Positions 26,319 to 36,637 of a stretch of 64,000 nt of DNA are shown here, piece by piece. The DNA is from Candidatus Heritagella gallinarum (GTDB lineage Bacteria > Bacillota > Clostridia > Oscillospirales > Acutalibacteraceae): NCBI GenBank assembly GCA_904394685.1, contig CAJFNK010000026.1:8706-72705 (forward strand), written 5' to 3'. Positions within the stretch are counted from its first letter, which is position 1. Each line of letters starts with the position of its first letter. Made by a program: the position numbers and the translations under genes. The notes beneath the pieces were generated by a model that was not told the origin of the DNA, ran no database searches, and saw only the letters and a list, made by a program, of their open reading frames with translations.

Positions 26319-28559
26319 TTATGCCATTGTCATCTGTTCCCCTTCGGTTTCTTCCGCAGCCGGCATCGCTCCCAAAGCCGGGAGAGCCTTACGATAACGG
26401 TCTGGCTTTTTGAGCATGCCCTCCTCATACTTCTGCGCCCGGATCACCTTCTGGCCACGCTTGAGCGTCATGGCCGCTACGCCCTGCGTGCTTCGGCTGC
26501 TTTTTGCCTGCACCGAACCGGTGTGGAACAGCAGCAGACGCCCGGCAGAAGAAGTCAGAAGCAGTTCACAGTCCTCTGGGACATAGAGAACCGCTGCCAG
26601 AGGAGATTTGTCGCTGTATGCGCCGATGAGCTTTTTCCGGTTGGTTTTGGTGGCATAAGAGCTCATCTCCACCTTGGCGATCTTGCCGTTTTCAAACACA
26701 AACAGCATATACCCCTCATAATTTTTCGTCACCGCCATATACACAGCGCTCTCGCCCTCGTCCATGCCCAGCTTTGCGGGGATGTACTCTCCCAGCACGC
26801 TTGCTTTCGTGTCGGCAAAATCGCTGGCACGGGTTTTATACACCTGGCATTTGTCTGTAAAGAACAAAAGCTCTGTATTGTTGGTAGATTCCAGCTGCTG
26901 GATGATCGAGTCGTTCTCTTTCAGCTTCTGCTCTCCGCTCATACGCAGGGAGAGAGGCGTAATCTTTTTGAAATATCCCTCCGCAGTAAAGAACAGATTC
27001 ACCGGATAATCCGGCACATCTTCTTCGGGAGAATATTCCTCCACCTCGTCGGCATACAAAAGCAGGCTCTTGCGGGGCTGTCCGTATTTCTTTGCCACCG
27101 CTTCCAGTTCCCGGATGATAATACTCTTGATTCTCGATTTCGATTCCAGAATGGCTTTGAGGTCGGCAATATCTTTTTCCAGCTGCTCGATTTCTTCGGT
27201 ACGCTTGAGGATATATTCCCGGTTGAGATGGCGCAGCTTGATTTCCGCCACATATTCCGCCTGAACCTGATCGATTCCAAAGCCGATCATCAGGTTGGGA
27301 ACCACTTCCTGTTCCTCCTCGGTGTTGCGGACAATGGCAATCGCCTTGTCGATATCCAGCAAAATTACCTGCAAACCACGGAGCAGGTGGAGCTTTTGCT
27401 CCTTTTGCTGCAAATCATAATAGGTGCGGCGGCGCACGCACTCCACACGGAAAGCCGTCCACTCATCCAGAAGCTCGCCCACCCCCAGCACACGGGGCGT
27501 TCCTGCAATCAGCACATTAAAATTGCAGGAGAAGGTATCCTCCAACGGCGTCATCTTGAAAAGGCGCTGCATGAGTTTTTCCGGGTCGGCGCCACGTTTC
27601 AGGTCAATGGTGATCTTCAGGCCTTCCAAGCCGCTTTCGTCACGCACATCGGCGATTTCTTTAATTTTACTCTGCTTCACCAGCTCTACGATTTTTTCCA
27701 CAATCGCCTCGATGGTGGTGGTAGGCGGAATCTGGGTAATATCGATACAGTTGGCGGATTTATCATAGGCATAGCGGGAGCGAACCCGGATGCCGCCACG
27801 GCCGGTACGATAGATTTCTTCCATGGCCTTGCGGTCAAAAATAATCTGTCCGCCGCCGGGAAAGTCGGGCGCCTGCAAGGTAGAGAGCAGGTCATGCTCC
27901 GGGTCACGGATACGGGCAATCGTGGTCTGGCAAACCTCTGCCAAGTTAAACGGGCAAATCGAGCTTGCCATGCCAACAGCGATACCGGTGTTGGCGTTTA
28001 CCAGCACCGACGGGAAGGTGGCAGGCAGCAGCGTGGGTTCCTTCATCGTGTTGTCGTAGTTATCAACAAAGTCCACGGTATCTTTATCGATATCCCGGAA
28101 CAGCTCCTGACACAGGGCATCCAAACGGGCCTCTGTGTATCGGGAAGCTGCCCACGCCATGTCACGGGAATAGTACTTACCAAAGTTTCCCTTGGAATCC
28201 ACATAGGGATGTAAAAGCGCTTCATAACCACGGGAGAGACGAACCATCGTGTCATAAATAGCAGCGTCGCCGTGCGGGTTCAGCTTCATGGTCTGTCCCA
28301 CAATATTGGCGCTTTTGATGCGGCCGGAATTTAACAGCCCCATTTTATACATGGTAAACAGCAGCTTTCGATGAGAAGGCTTAAACCCATCGATTTCCGG
28401 GATTGCACGGGACATAATCACGCTCATAGCATAGGGCATATAGTTTTTTTCCAGCGTATCGGTGATGCGCTGTTCCACTACTTCGCCCGCCCCGGCAATA
28501 TAGCCCTTTGGTTTGCCCGAACGCTTGGCCGGTTGGCTGTCACTTCTTTTTCTCGGCAT
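26319..28559 (-). CDS. parC: type IIA topoisomerase subunit A (ParC-like)
   Basis: 746 aa. The active-site Tyr region is AASRYTEARL. I saw no GyrA box, and the protein is shorter than GyrA. Paired with the ParE-like gene. Confidence 0.8.
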   Translation of the reverse strand: MPRKRSDSQPAKRSGKPKGYIAGAGEVVEQRITDTLEKNYMPYAMSVIMSRAIPEIDGFKPSHRKLLFTMYKMGLLNSGRIKSANIVGQTMKLNPHGDAAIYDTMVRLSRGYEALLHPYVDSKGNFGKYYSRDMAWAASRYTEARLDALCQELFRDIDKDTVDFVDNYDNTMKEPTLLPATFPSVLVNANTGIAVGMASSICPFNLAEVCQTTIARIRDPEHDLLSTLQAPDFPGGGQIIFDRKAMEEIYRTGRGGIRVRSRYAYDKSANCIDITQIPPTTTIEAIVEKIVELVKQSKIKEIADVRDESGLEGLKITIDLKRGADPEKLMQRLFKMTPLEDTFSCNFNVLIAGTPRVLGVGELLDEWTAFRVECVRRRTYYDLQQKEQKLHLLRGLQVILLDIDKAIAIVRNTEEEQEVVPNLMIGFGIDQVQAEYVAEIKLRHLNREYILKRTEEIEQLEKDIADLKAILESKSRIKSIIIRELEAVAKKYGQPRKSLLLYADEVEEYSPEEDVPDYPVNLFFTAEGYFKKITPLSLRMSGEQKLKENDSIIQQLESTNNTELLFFTDKCQVYKTRASDFADTKASVLGEYIPAKLGMDEGESAVYMAVTKNYEGYMLFVFENGKIAKVEMSSYATKTNRKKLIGAYSDKSPLAAVLYVPEDCELLLTSSAGRLLLFHTGSVQAKSSRSTQGVAAMTLKRGQKVIRAQKYEEGMLKKPDRYRKALPALGAMPAAEETEGEQMTMA

Positions 28560-28576
28560 TTTGTTCCTCTCCTTTC

Positions 28577-30556
28577 TTATGAAATATCCAGATCATCGAT
28601 ATACAGATGACCATTTTCAGCAATATGGCTTTTCCGTCCAGCCAGATTATCACCCAACAGCAGGTCGAACACGGCTGCTGTGTGCTCCACATCATCGGGC
28701 AACACCTTGATAAGGCGGCGGGTTTCCGGATTCATCGTGGTCAGGTTCATCATGTCGGGCTCGTTTTCACCCAATCCTTTCGAGCGCTGGATGGTAAATT
28801 TCTTCCCTTCCAGCTTTTGCAGAAATTCATCTTTTTCCCGCTCGTTATAGGCAAAATAGGTGTCGTCCTTACAGGTAATCTCATACAGGGGAGATTCTGC
28901 GATAAAGACCTTTCCCGCCTGAATCAAGTCGGGCGTCAAACGATAGAGCATGGTCAAAAGCAGAGTGCGAATCTGGAAGCCGTCTACGTCGGCATCGGTG
29001 CAGAGAATGACTTTATTCCAGCGCAGGGAGTTGATATCAAAGGAAGAAAGCTCTTTGTTCGCTTTGGACTTTACCTGTACGCCGCATCCCAACACTTTGA
29101 TAAGGTCGGTGATGATGTCGCTTTTAAAAATCTTGTCGTAGTCCGCTTTCAGGCAGTTGAGAATTTTTCCCCGAATGGGCATAATCGCCTGAAAATCCGG
29201 GTTTCTTGCCTGCTTACAGGCGCCCAATGCCGAATCGCCCTCCACGATAAAGATTTCCCGTTCCTCCGGGTTTTTGCTGCGGCAATCCACAAACTTTGCC
29301 ACCCGGCTGGTCACATCCATATTACTGGTGAGCTTCTTTTTCAGGTTCAGACGGGTTTTTTCGGCGTCCTCACGGCTGCGCTTATTGATCAACACCTGCC
29401 CGGCAATTTTATCGGCATCCATGGGGTTCTCGATAAAATAGATTTCCAGCTGATGGCGGAGCATCTCCACCATGGCTTCCTGAATTCCCTTATTGGTAAT
29501 CGCCTTTTTCGTTTGGTTCTCATAGGAAGTCACATTGGAAAACGAGGAAATCACGATAATCAGACAGTCCTCCACATCGGGGAAGGTGATTTTGCTCTCG
29601 TTTTTATTGTATTTCCCCGTCTGCTTGAGATATGCGTCGATCTGATACACAAAAGCGTTGCGGACAGCCTTGTCCGGTGCGCCGCCATGCTCCAGCCAGC
29701 TGGAGTTATGATAATATTCCGACGCATGAGTTTTGTTGGAAAACGCCACTGCGACATTGATTTTGGTCTTGTATTCCGGCTTATCAGCACGATCCTGCAC
29801 CTTGCGCTCGGTTTGCCAAAACTGTACCGATGTAAGGCTGTCTTCCCCTGCCAGCTCTTTGGCATGGTCAACGATTCCATTCTCATAGGAAAATTCGGTG
29901 GTTTCAAACTTGCCGTTGACCTCGTTGCGGAACACAAAGGTTACGCCGTCATTGACAATCGCCTGACGCTTGATAATATCGAGATAATATTCCGCCGGTA
30001 CATCGATATCGGTAAAAACCTCCAAATCGGGCTTCCAGCGGATACGGCTGCCGGTATCCTTTTTGGCATAGTCCTCCCGGTGCAGCCCGCCAATATTCTC
30101 GCCCTTTTCAAAATGTAGGGTATACCGGCTGCCACCGCTGCGGATATCCACGTCCATATATTCCGAAGAATACTGTGTTGCACAAAGTCCCAGACCGTTC
30201 AGACCAAGAGAATACTCATAGCTCCCGCCCTGATTGTTATTATATTTGCCGCCGGCATACATCTCGCAGAATACCAGCTCCCAGTTATACCGCTGTTCCC
30301 GCTGGTTAAAGTCCACCGGGATTCCACGTCCAAAGTCTTCGATCTCCACGGAATGGTCTGCATACCGGGTGACGATAATCTTCTTTCCATAGCCCTCTCT
30401 GGCCTCGTCGATGGAGTTGGAGAGGATTTCAAAAATGGAATGTTCACAGCCTTCCAGTCCGTCAGAGCCAAAAATGACGGCGGGACGACGGCGCACACGG
30501 TCGGCCCCCTTGAGAGCCGAGATACTGTCGTTGCCATAGGCTGGTTTTTTTGCCAT
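28577..30556 (-). CDS. parE: type IIA topoisomerase subunit B (ParE-like)
   Basis: The ORF extends to 30583. The start at MAKKPAYG follows AAAGGAGG. GHKL motif ILSNSIDEA, Toprim motif IVEGDSA, and PIRGKILN. Confidence 0.8.
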   Translation of the reverse strand: MAKKPAYGNDSISALKGADRVRRRPAVIFGSDGLEGCEHSIFEILSNSIDEAREGYGKKIIVTRYADHSVEIEDFGRGIPVDFNQREQRYNWELVFCEMYAGGKYNNNQGGSYEYSLGLNGLGLCATQYSSEYMDVDIRSGGSRYTLHFEKGENIGGLHREDYAKKDTGSRIRWKPDLEVFTDIDVPAEYYLDIIKRQAIVNDGVTFVFRNEVNGKFETTEFSYENGIVDHAKELAGEDSLTSVQFWQTERKVQDRADKPEYKTKINVAVAFSNKTHASEYYHNSSWLEHGGAPDKAVRNAFVYQIDAYLKQTGKYNKNESKITFPDVEDCLIIVISSFSNVTSYENQTKKAITNKGIQEAMVEMLRHQLEIYFIENPMDADKIAGQVLINKRSREDAEKTRLNLKKKLTSNMDVTSRVAKFVDCRSKNPEEREIFIVEGDSALGACKQARNPDFQAIMPIRGKILNCLKADYDKIFKSDIITDLIKVLGCGVQVKSKANKELSSFDINSLRWNKVILCTDADVDGFQIRTLLLTMLYRLTPDLIQAGKVFIAESPLYEITCKDDTYFAYNEREKDEFLQKLEGKKFTIQRSKGLGENEPDMMNLTTMNPETRRLIKVLPDDVEHTAAVFDLLLGDNLAGRKSHIAENGHLYIDDLDIS

Positions 30557-30584
30557 AGACTGGCCTCCTTTATCAAAACACACG

Positions 30585-30621
30585 AAAAAGGGAAGAGCTT
30601 ATGGAAAAGCCTTCCCTTTTG
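30585..30621 (-). terminator. intrinsic terminator after ftsH
   Basis: AAAAGGGAAG-15 nt-CTTCCCTTTT, with the T-run continuing on the minus strand. Confidence 0.65.
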
Positions 30622-30662
30622 TGATTCTTTTTGATTTCCGCTCTTACATCTGCGGGAATCCC

Positions 30663-32585
30663 TTACTCTGTTTCAGAAGTCTCCTCGTCGTCTACCTTCC
30701 AGTAGTCATCCTGCTGGGGCAGCGATTCCACAGCGGAAGCTCCCATCATCTGGTAAAATTCTTCCCCGCTCATCTTTTCATGTTTGAACAGGTACTGTGC
30801 CACCTGATGCAGCTTATCCATATGCTGATTCAGAATATCCTCGGTCTGCTGATAGGCATTGGTAATCATGCGCTTTACCTCAGCATCGATCTTAGAGGCG
30901 GTTTCTTCCGAATAGTTGCGGATATGACCCATGTCACGACCCAGGAACGGCTCGGAATTGTCGGAACCATATTTGATGGGTCCCAGCGTATCGCTCATGC
31001 CGTACTTGGTCACCATGGAATGAGCAGTCTGTGTTGCACGCTCAATGTCATTGGAGGCGCCGGTGGAAATATCATCCAGCACTAGTGCTTCTGCCACACG
31101 ACCGCCCAACAGCACAATCAGGCTCTCCAGCATCTCATTGCGGCTCTGATAAGAGCGGTCTTCGGTGGGCAGGTGCATGGTGTAACCGCCTGCCATTCCT
31201 CTGGGGATAATCGAGATCTGATGCACCGGGTCCTGATGCTTACAGTAATAAGTGGCGATTGCGTGACCGCCCTCGTGATATGCGGTGAGTTTCTTTTCCT
31301 TATCGGACATCACACGGCTCTTTTTCTCGGTACCTACTACCACCTTGATGGTGGCTTCCTCAATCTCCGTCATGGTAATCGCACGGAGGTTCCGGCGGGC
31401 AGCCAGCAAGGCAGCCTCATTCAGCAGGTTTTCCAGATCAGCACCGGTAAAGCCGGCAGTAGATTTCGCAATGGTTTTCAGTTCCACATCCGGGGCAATG
31501 GGCTTGCCTTTGGCGTGAACCTTGAGGATCTCCTCACGGCCCTTGATATCCGGATAGCCCACCATTACCTGGCGGTCAAAACGGCCGGGACGCATCAGAG
31601 CAGGGTCGAGGATGTCGGGGCGGTTGGTGGCGGCGATCATAATTACGCCTTCGTTGGCGCCAAAGCCGTCCATCTCCACCAGCAATTGGTTCAGGGTCTG
31701 CTCACGTTCATCGTGGCCGCCGCCCAAACCGGCGCCACGCTGACGGCCCACAGCATCGATCTCGTCGATAAAGATAATGCAGGGGGAATTTTTCTTTGCC
31801 TGATCAAACAGGTCACGGACACGGGAAGCACCCACGCCTACGAACATTTCCACAAAATCAGAACCGGAAATGGAGAAGAAGGGCACGCCTGCTTCACCGG
31901 CCACAGCTCTGGCCAACAGGGTCTTACCGGTACCGGGAGGGCCCACCAGCAATACGCCCTTGGGAATACGGGCGCCCAGTTCGTTATACTTTTTGGGATT
32001 CTTGAGGAACTCCACGATTTCCTGAAGTTCTTCTTTTTCCTCGTCAGCGCCTGCCACATCTGCAAAGGTGGTCTTGCGCTTTTCGTCGTTCATGTTCTTG
32101 ATCTTGGCTTTGCCAAAATTCATCTGTTTTCCGGCGTCGCCCATGCTGGCACTCATCCGGCGATACATGAACCACCAGAACACGATCAAACCGCCAAACA
32201 GCAGAATGGTGGGCAACAGGCTCACAATCCAGCTGGTTTCAGCGGGACGCTGGACATCCTCAACCATCCGTTTGTCGTGGTTCTCATTATAGCTGTCAAT
32301 GTATTTCTGCGTATCATTATAAAACTTTGAAACGCTGGGAACCACATAGCTGATGGCTTTCGGGGTATCTTTTCCTTCTTCCTGCACCTTGAGAATCATC
32401 TCACCGCTGCCCAAGTCCAGCCGATATTCCGTTACCTGCTCCTCCTCAAAGAAGTTCACGATATCGGAATACTTATAAGTGGTCTGCACCTGGCGGTTGC
32501 TCAGGAGCATAAAAATCACCACAAACAGCAGGATGGGGATACCCAGATAGATCGCAAGGTTGCGAATCGCTTTCTTGTTATCCAA
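30663..32585 (-). CDS. ftsH: ATP-dependent zinc metalloprotease FtsH
   Basis: 640 aa. Walker [12 protein letters not shown] and zinc motif HEGGHA, with two N-terminal TM helices. Confidence 0.98.
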   Translation of the reverse strand: MDNKKAIRNLAIYLGIPILLFVVIFMLLSNRQVQTTYKYSDIVNFFEEEQVTEYRLDLGSGEMILKVQEEGKDTPKAISYVVPSVSKFYNDTQKYIDSYNENHDKRMVEDVQRPAETSWIVSLLPTILLFGGLIVFWWFMYRRMSASMGDAGKQMNFGKAKIKNMNDEKRKTTFADVAGADEEKEELQEIVEFLKNPKKYNELGARIPKGVLLVGPPGTGKTLLARAVAGEAGVPFFSISGSDFVEMFVGVGASRVRDLFDQAKKNSPCIIFIDEIDAVGRQRGAGLGGGHDEREQTLNQLLVEMDGFGANEGVIMIAATNRPDILDPALMRPGRFDRQVMVGYPDIKGREEILKVHAKGKPIAPDVELKTIAKSTAGFTGADLENLLNEAALLAARRNLRAITMTEIEEATIKVVVGTEKKSRVMSDKEKKLTAYHEGGHAIATYYCKHQDPVHQISIIPRGMAGGYTMHLPTEDRSYQSRNEMLESLIVLLGGRVAEALVLDDISTGASNDIERATQTAHSMVTKYGMSDTLGPIKYGSDNSEPFLGRDMGHIRNYSEETASKIDAEVKRMITNAYQQTEDILNQHMDKLHQVAQYLFKHEKMSGEEFYQMMGASAVESLPQQDDYWKVDDEETSETE

Positions 32586-32644
32586 CTAAAAATCACTCCT
32601 TCAGGCAGTATGAACAACCTGTTATATTGGGTTTCCGGGGCGGT

Positions 32645-33217
32645 TTATTCGCCATATGCTTCCGGCTTCAAAATCCCTACAAAGGGAAGATTGCGATATT
32701 TTTCATCATAATCCAGACCATAGCCCACGATAAAGGCATCCGGCACCTGGGCTCCTACATATGCAGCCTTTACATCCGCTTTGCGCCGTTCCGGCTTATC
32801 GAACAAAGTACAAATCTGGATGCTTCTGGGACCTCTGGATTTTAAAATATCCAGTATGTAGCTGAGTGTCATGCCGCTATCCAGAATATCCTCCACAATC
32901 AGAAGGTCATAGCCCTCCAGCGGGATATCCAAATCCTTGATGATCTTAACTACGCCCGAAGTTTTGGTACCGGAACCATAGCTGGATACGGACATAAAGT
33001 CGATGCGGCAAGGGATGGTGATTGCCCGCATCAAATCGGCCATAAACACGACCGAGCCCTTGAGGATACTTACCATCAGCAGCTTTTTGTCACGATAGTC
33101 TTCGCTGATCTGTGCGCCAATCCGCTGGACAATTCCCTGAAGGGTTTCTTCGCTGAGCAGCACTTCCTGAATGTCTTGCATCATGCTGTTTTCCAAATTC
33201 TGCGCCATTTCTGTCAC
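32645..33217 (-). CDS. hpt: hypoxanthine phosphoribosyltransferase
   Basis: 190 aa. PRPP motif LLIVEDILDSGMTL. Conserved tilS-hpt-ftsH order. Confidence 0.95.
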   Translation of the reverse strand: MTEMAQNLENSMMQDIQEVLLSEETLQGIVQRIGAQISEDYRDKKLLMVSILKGSVVFMADLMRAITIPCRIDFMSVSSYGSGTKTSGVVKIIKDLDIPLEGYDLLIVEDILDSGMTLSYILDILKSRGPRSIQICTLFDKPERRKADVKAAYVGAQVPDAFIVGYGLDYDEKYRNLPFVGILKPEAYGE

Positions 33218-34662
33218 GCCTTTCCTGAAAAGCCCGAAGGCTCTCCCTCCGTCAATATTTTGTATGGGGTATCATCCGCCTGAATTGCTTCTTCTATCTG
33301 TAATAGCAGCACATGCCGGGTTTCAGGACGAAGCCGAACCCGCTGGCTGATTCCGAAGCCCTCCACCCAGAGAATCTCCCCATCCAATTCCAAAACTGCC
33401 AGCTTCTCCCGCCGGGAGGGGGGAATTCTTGCTTCTGAAAACAGTTTTTTCAAAGACTTGGTGACTCCTCTGCCGGCCGGCGCAAAACGGTCGCCGGGCT
33501 GGCGGGTGCGGATAACCATTTTTTTCTGACTAGAAGTTATTGTATCATAGTCCATTAAATTAGGAAATAACAAATTATGAAATTTTATACGTTTTTTCAT
33601 TTCTTCTATGGGGAAATCTTCCAGAAACAGGGTTCTGCCATCCCCCATCCGGGTTTTCTCCCCCAAAACCGGGCATTTCCAGCCGCCCGGTTCCCGGTCA
33701 ACCGGCGCAATCTCCAGACGATCTCGCCAAACGCTGACCTCAAATCCGCTGGGAATGTTGACCCGCCCACCGCCATTACGGACAGCACGCAGAACCGTTT
33801 GCAGATGCACCCATTCGGGACGCTGGCAGCCTGCATTTTTAAAATACAGTTCCAATGCCCGTATTGCAAGGGCATCCGGAGCCTCGCAAAGCGGTTGGAG
33901 CAGAAGCGCTCCCTCTTTTTGCGCTTTTTGAAACAGCATCTGTGCCTGTTCTTCCAAAAAGCTTTCTTCTTTTGCAAGCGAAACCGCCGTGCGGTGTAAT
34001 GTCTGCTCTATATTGGGGTTCAGCTCCCGAAAAACCGGCATCACGTCCAACCGCAGCCGGTTGCGGGTATATGCCCGGCAGGCGTTGGTGCTGTCTGTTC
34101 GCCAGCATAGCCCCTGCTCCCGGCAATAGCTTTCGATTTCCTCACGGGTCAGGCAAAGCACCGGCCGGATGATTTTCCCCCGCACCGGCGGTATCCCGCA
34201 AAGCCCACGAAGCCCTGTCCCCTGCAACAAATGAAGCAGCAAAGTTTCCCCTTGGTCACTCATGGTGTGTGCAGTGGCGATGCGATCTCCTTCTTTTGCC
34301 GCCAGCTTTTCAAAAAAAGCATACCGGATTCGTCTGCCGCAGGCTTCCAGCCCCTCGCCGGTTTTCTGGGCTTCTGCCGGGACATCTGCCTGCAAAATTT
34401 CAAGTGCCAAGCCTCGTTCCCGGCACCATTCCTTCACAAACTGCTCGTCTCCATCGGCTTCTTCTCCACGGATTCCATGGTTTACATGGGCGCAGAGAAT
34501 GGGTTCTTTTCCAAAAAGACGAACCAAAAGGTCTGTCATGGCAATCGAATCAGCACCGCCAGACAGCCCCACCACGATTTTCCCACCGATAGGCAGCCCA
34601 CCAATGGGCAGCATTTGTTGTTCTTCCATCCATGCCCGCACCCGTTGCAGCGCATCATTCAT
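33214..34662 (-). CDS. tilS: tRNA(Ile)-lysidine synthetase
   Basis: The ORF extends to 34734. The start at MNDALQ (34662) is preferred. PP-loop motif GLSGGADS. Confidence 0.92.
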   Translation of the reverse strand: MNDALQRVRAWMEEQQMLPIGGLPIGGKIVVGLSGGADSIAMTDLLVRLFGKEPILCAHVNHGIRGEEADGDEQFVKEWCRERGLALEILQADVPAEAQKTGEGLEACGRRIRYAFFEKLAAKEGDRIATAHTMSDQGETLLLHLLQGTGLRGLCGIPPVRGKIIRPVLCLTREEIESYCREQGLCWRTDSTNACRAYTRNRLRLDVMPVFRELNPNIEQTLHRTAVSLAKEESFLEEQAQMLFQKAQKEGALLLQPLCEAPDALAIRALELYFKNAGCQRPEWVHLQTVLRAVRNGGGRVNIPSGFEVSVWRDRLEIAPVDREPGGWKCPVLGEKTRMGDGRTLFLEDFPIEEMKKRIKFHNLLFPNLMDYDTITSSQKKMVIRTRQPGDRFAPAGRGVTKSLKKLFSEARIPPSRREKLAVLELDGEILWVEGFGISQRVRLRPETRHVLLLQIEEAIQADDTPYKILTEGEPSGFSGKA

Positions 34663-36037
34663 GGCGGAAAACCTCCTGCGAAGTAAACCGCATAAATTCT
34701 CCCTGCCAGTGCAGCGGCACGGTTTTGATTTCACCGTGACGGTTTTTGGCTACGATACACTCGCCGCTGTTTTTGTCACGGTCTTCATCCGGGGCATCCT
34801 CCCCCTGATAATAATCCTCACGATACAGGAACAAAACGATATCAGCGTCCTGTTCGATAGAACCGGAGTCACGCAGGTCAGACAGCACCGGACGATGTTC
34901 TGTTCGCTTTTCACTGGCACGAGCCAGCTGCGAAAGAGTGATGACCGGGATATTCAGTTCCTTGGCCATAATTTTGAGATTTCGGGTAATCGCAGAAATT
35001 TCCTGAACACGGTTGTCAATACGCTTTGAACTGTTCATCAGCTGCAAATAGTCGATGATGACCAAATCGACGTCCTTCAAACGGCGAATCTTGGCCTTCA
35101 TTTCCGGCACGGTAATGCTGGAATTATCATCGAGATAAATGGGCGCACGGGACAGGATGTCCCCGCCCTCAATCAGCCGGGTCCATTCCCCGTCATTCAG
35201 TTCGCCGGTACGCAGCTTGGTGCCGCCCACCAATGCCTCGGTGGAGAGCAGACGGGAAGCCAACTGTTCCTTACTCATTTCCAACGAGAAAAAGGCAACC
35301 TTTTTTCCCGCCTTTACCGCAGCATGACGGGCAATATTCAGGGCAAAGCTGGTTTTACCCATACCGGGACGTGCCGCCAGAATAATCAGGTCGGAACGGT
35401 TCAGGCCGGTAATGGTTTCGTCCAGTTCCCCAATACCGGTAGGGATTCCTCGATACAGGTCTTTATCAGGCGAATTGAGCCTGTCCAGACGCTCAAACGT
35501 ATCGATAATGACCTCTCCCAGAGGCTGCAATCCCTGCATATTTTTACCCCGGCGAATATCAAATATACGCTGCTCTGCCGAGTCCAACAGCGTAGAAGCC
35601 TCTGCCCCGCCCTCGGCGGCGTCTTCCAGAATCTCTCTGGCCGCTATAATCAGGGTGCGGATATCATACTTATCCCGCACAATTCGGGCATAGGATTCTA
35701 CATTGGAGATAGAAGGTACGATCTGTGCCAGCTGCATCAGATAGACCTTTCCGGAAGATTCATCAAAAGCACTGTTTTCTTTCAGTTGCTCCAGCACGGT
35801 GACAAAATCCACCGGACGACCGGTACCAAACAGTTCCAGCATCACTTCATAAATCAGGGCGTTGTTTACCTGATAAAAATATTCTGCTCTGGGCAGATAT
35901 TCCGTCACCCGGTCCATACAGGAAGCGTCCAGCAGGATCGCACCCAAAACCGATTGCTCCGCCTCTGGACTAAAAGGCATATTTATCCCCGGCAGCGCCT
36001 GAGTCCCCAAAGCGGCTGCACCGCTGCTCTCTGCCAT
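34655..36037 (-). CDS. dnaB: replicative DNA helicase
   Basis: The ORF extends to 36097. The start at MAESS follows GGAAAGGAG. Walker A ARPGMGKTSFAL. Confidence 0.96.
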   Translation of the reverse strand: MAESSGAAALGTQALPGINMPFSPEAEQSVLGAILLDASCMDRVTEYLPRAEYFYQVNNALIYEVMLELFGTGRPVDFVTVLEQLKENSAFDESSGKVYLMQLAQIVPSISNVESYARIVRDKYDIRTLIIAAREILEDAAEGGAEASTLLDSAEQRIFDIRRGKNMQGLQPLGEVIIDTFERLDRLNSPDKDLYRGIPTGIGELDETITGLNRSDLIILAARPGMGKTSFALNIARHAAVKAGKKVAFFSLEMSKEQLASRLLSTEALVGGTKLRTGELNDGEWTRLIEGGDILSRAPIYLDDNSSITVPEMKAKIRRLKDVDLVIIDYLQLMNSSKRIDNRVQEISAITRNLKIMAKELNIPVITLSQLARASEKRTEHRPVLSDLRDSGSIEQDADIVLFLYREDYYQGEDAPDEDRDKNSGECIVAKNRHGEIKTVPLHWQGEFMRFTSQEVFRHE

Positions 36038-36146
36038 TCCCTCTGCTCCTTTCCCGTTTTCATTTCCATTTGCAATAAAGCGGCAAAGACCTGACAACGG
36101 TATCGCTGTCAGGTCAAATCGTTTTTCGATTGAGAATCGTCTTGTG

Positions 36147-36596
36147 TTATGCCTGCTCTCCTACCATCACAAAGAGCTTGGCGGTAATGCCAGCATACAG
36201 CTTAATCTCGCAGGAATAGCTGCCAAACGCCTTGATATCCCCGTCAACCGAAATCTTGCGCTTATCGATTTCCAGCTTGAACTGGCTTTTGATCGCTTCC
36301 GCAATTTCCTTAGCGGTAATCGAGCCAAACAGACGGCCGCCCTGTCCGGCCTTGGCGGTCATCTTGACCGTTTTGCCTTCCAGCAGCTCGGCTGCTTTCT
36401 TCGCTGCTTCGGTTTCGGTTTTAATCTTATAAGCCTTGGCTTCCTCGGCATTTTTCAGCTCGTTCATAGCCTGAGCGTTTGCTTCTTTTGCCAGTTTTCT
36501 GGGGAACAGGAAGTTCCGGGCGTAGCCATCGGACACATTCACCAGTTCACCTTTTTTTCCGCTTCCTTTTACGTCAGCGAGCAATACTACCTTCAT
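36147..36596 (-). CDS. rplI: 50S ribosomal protein L9
   Basis: 149 aa, starting [32 protein letters not shown]. Confidence 0.97.
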   Translation of the reverse strand: MKVVLLADVKGSGKKGELVNVSDGYARNFLFPRKLAKEANAQAMNELKNAEEAKAYKIKTETEAAKKAAELLEGKTVKMTAKAGQGGRLFGSITAKEIAEAIKSQFKLEIDKRKISVDGDIKAFGSYSCEIKLYAGITAKLFVMVGEQA

Positions 36597-36637
36597 ATCT
36601 GAATACCTCCTGTATCATCTCTCTGTTCTATTAACAA

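Noticed and set aside
26262-28214. 650-aa plus-strand ORF
   Set aside because: Shadow ORF opposite parC. The opposite strand carries the AASRYTEARL active-site region.
34582-34611. Tandem LPIGG-LPIGG duplication in the TilS N-terminus
   Set aside because: The two units use different codons, so this is not a recent slippage event. It lies before the PP-loop and is probably a benign linker variation.
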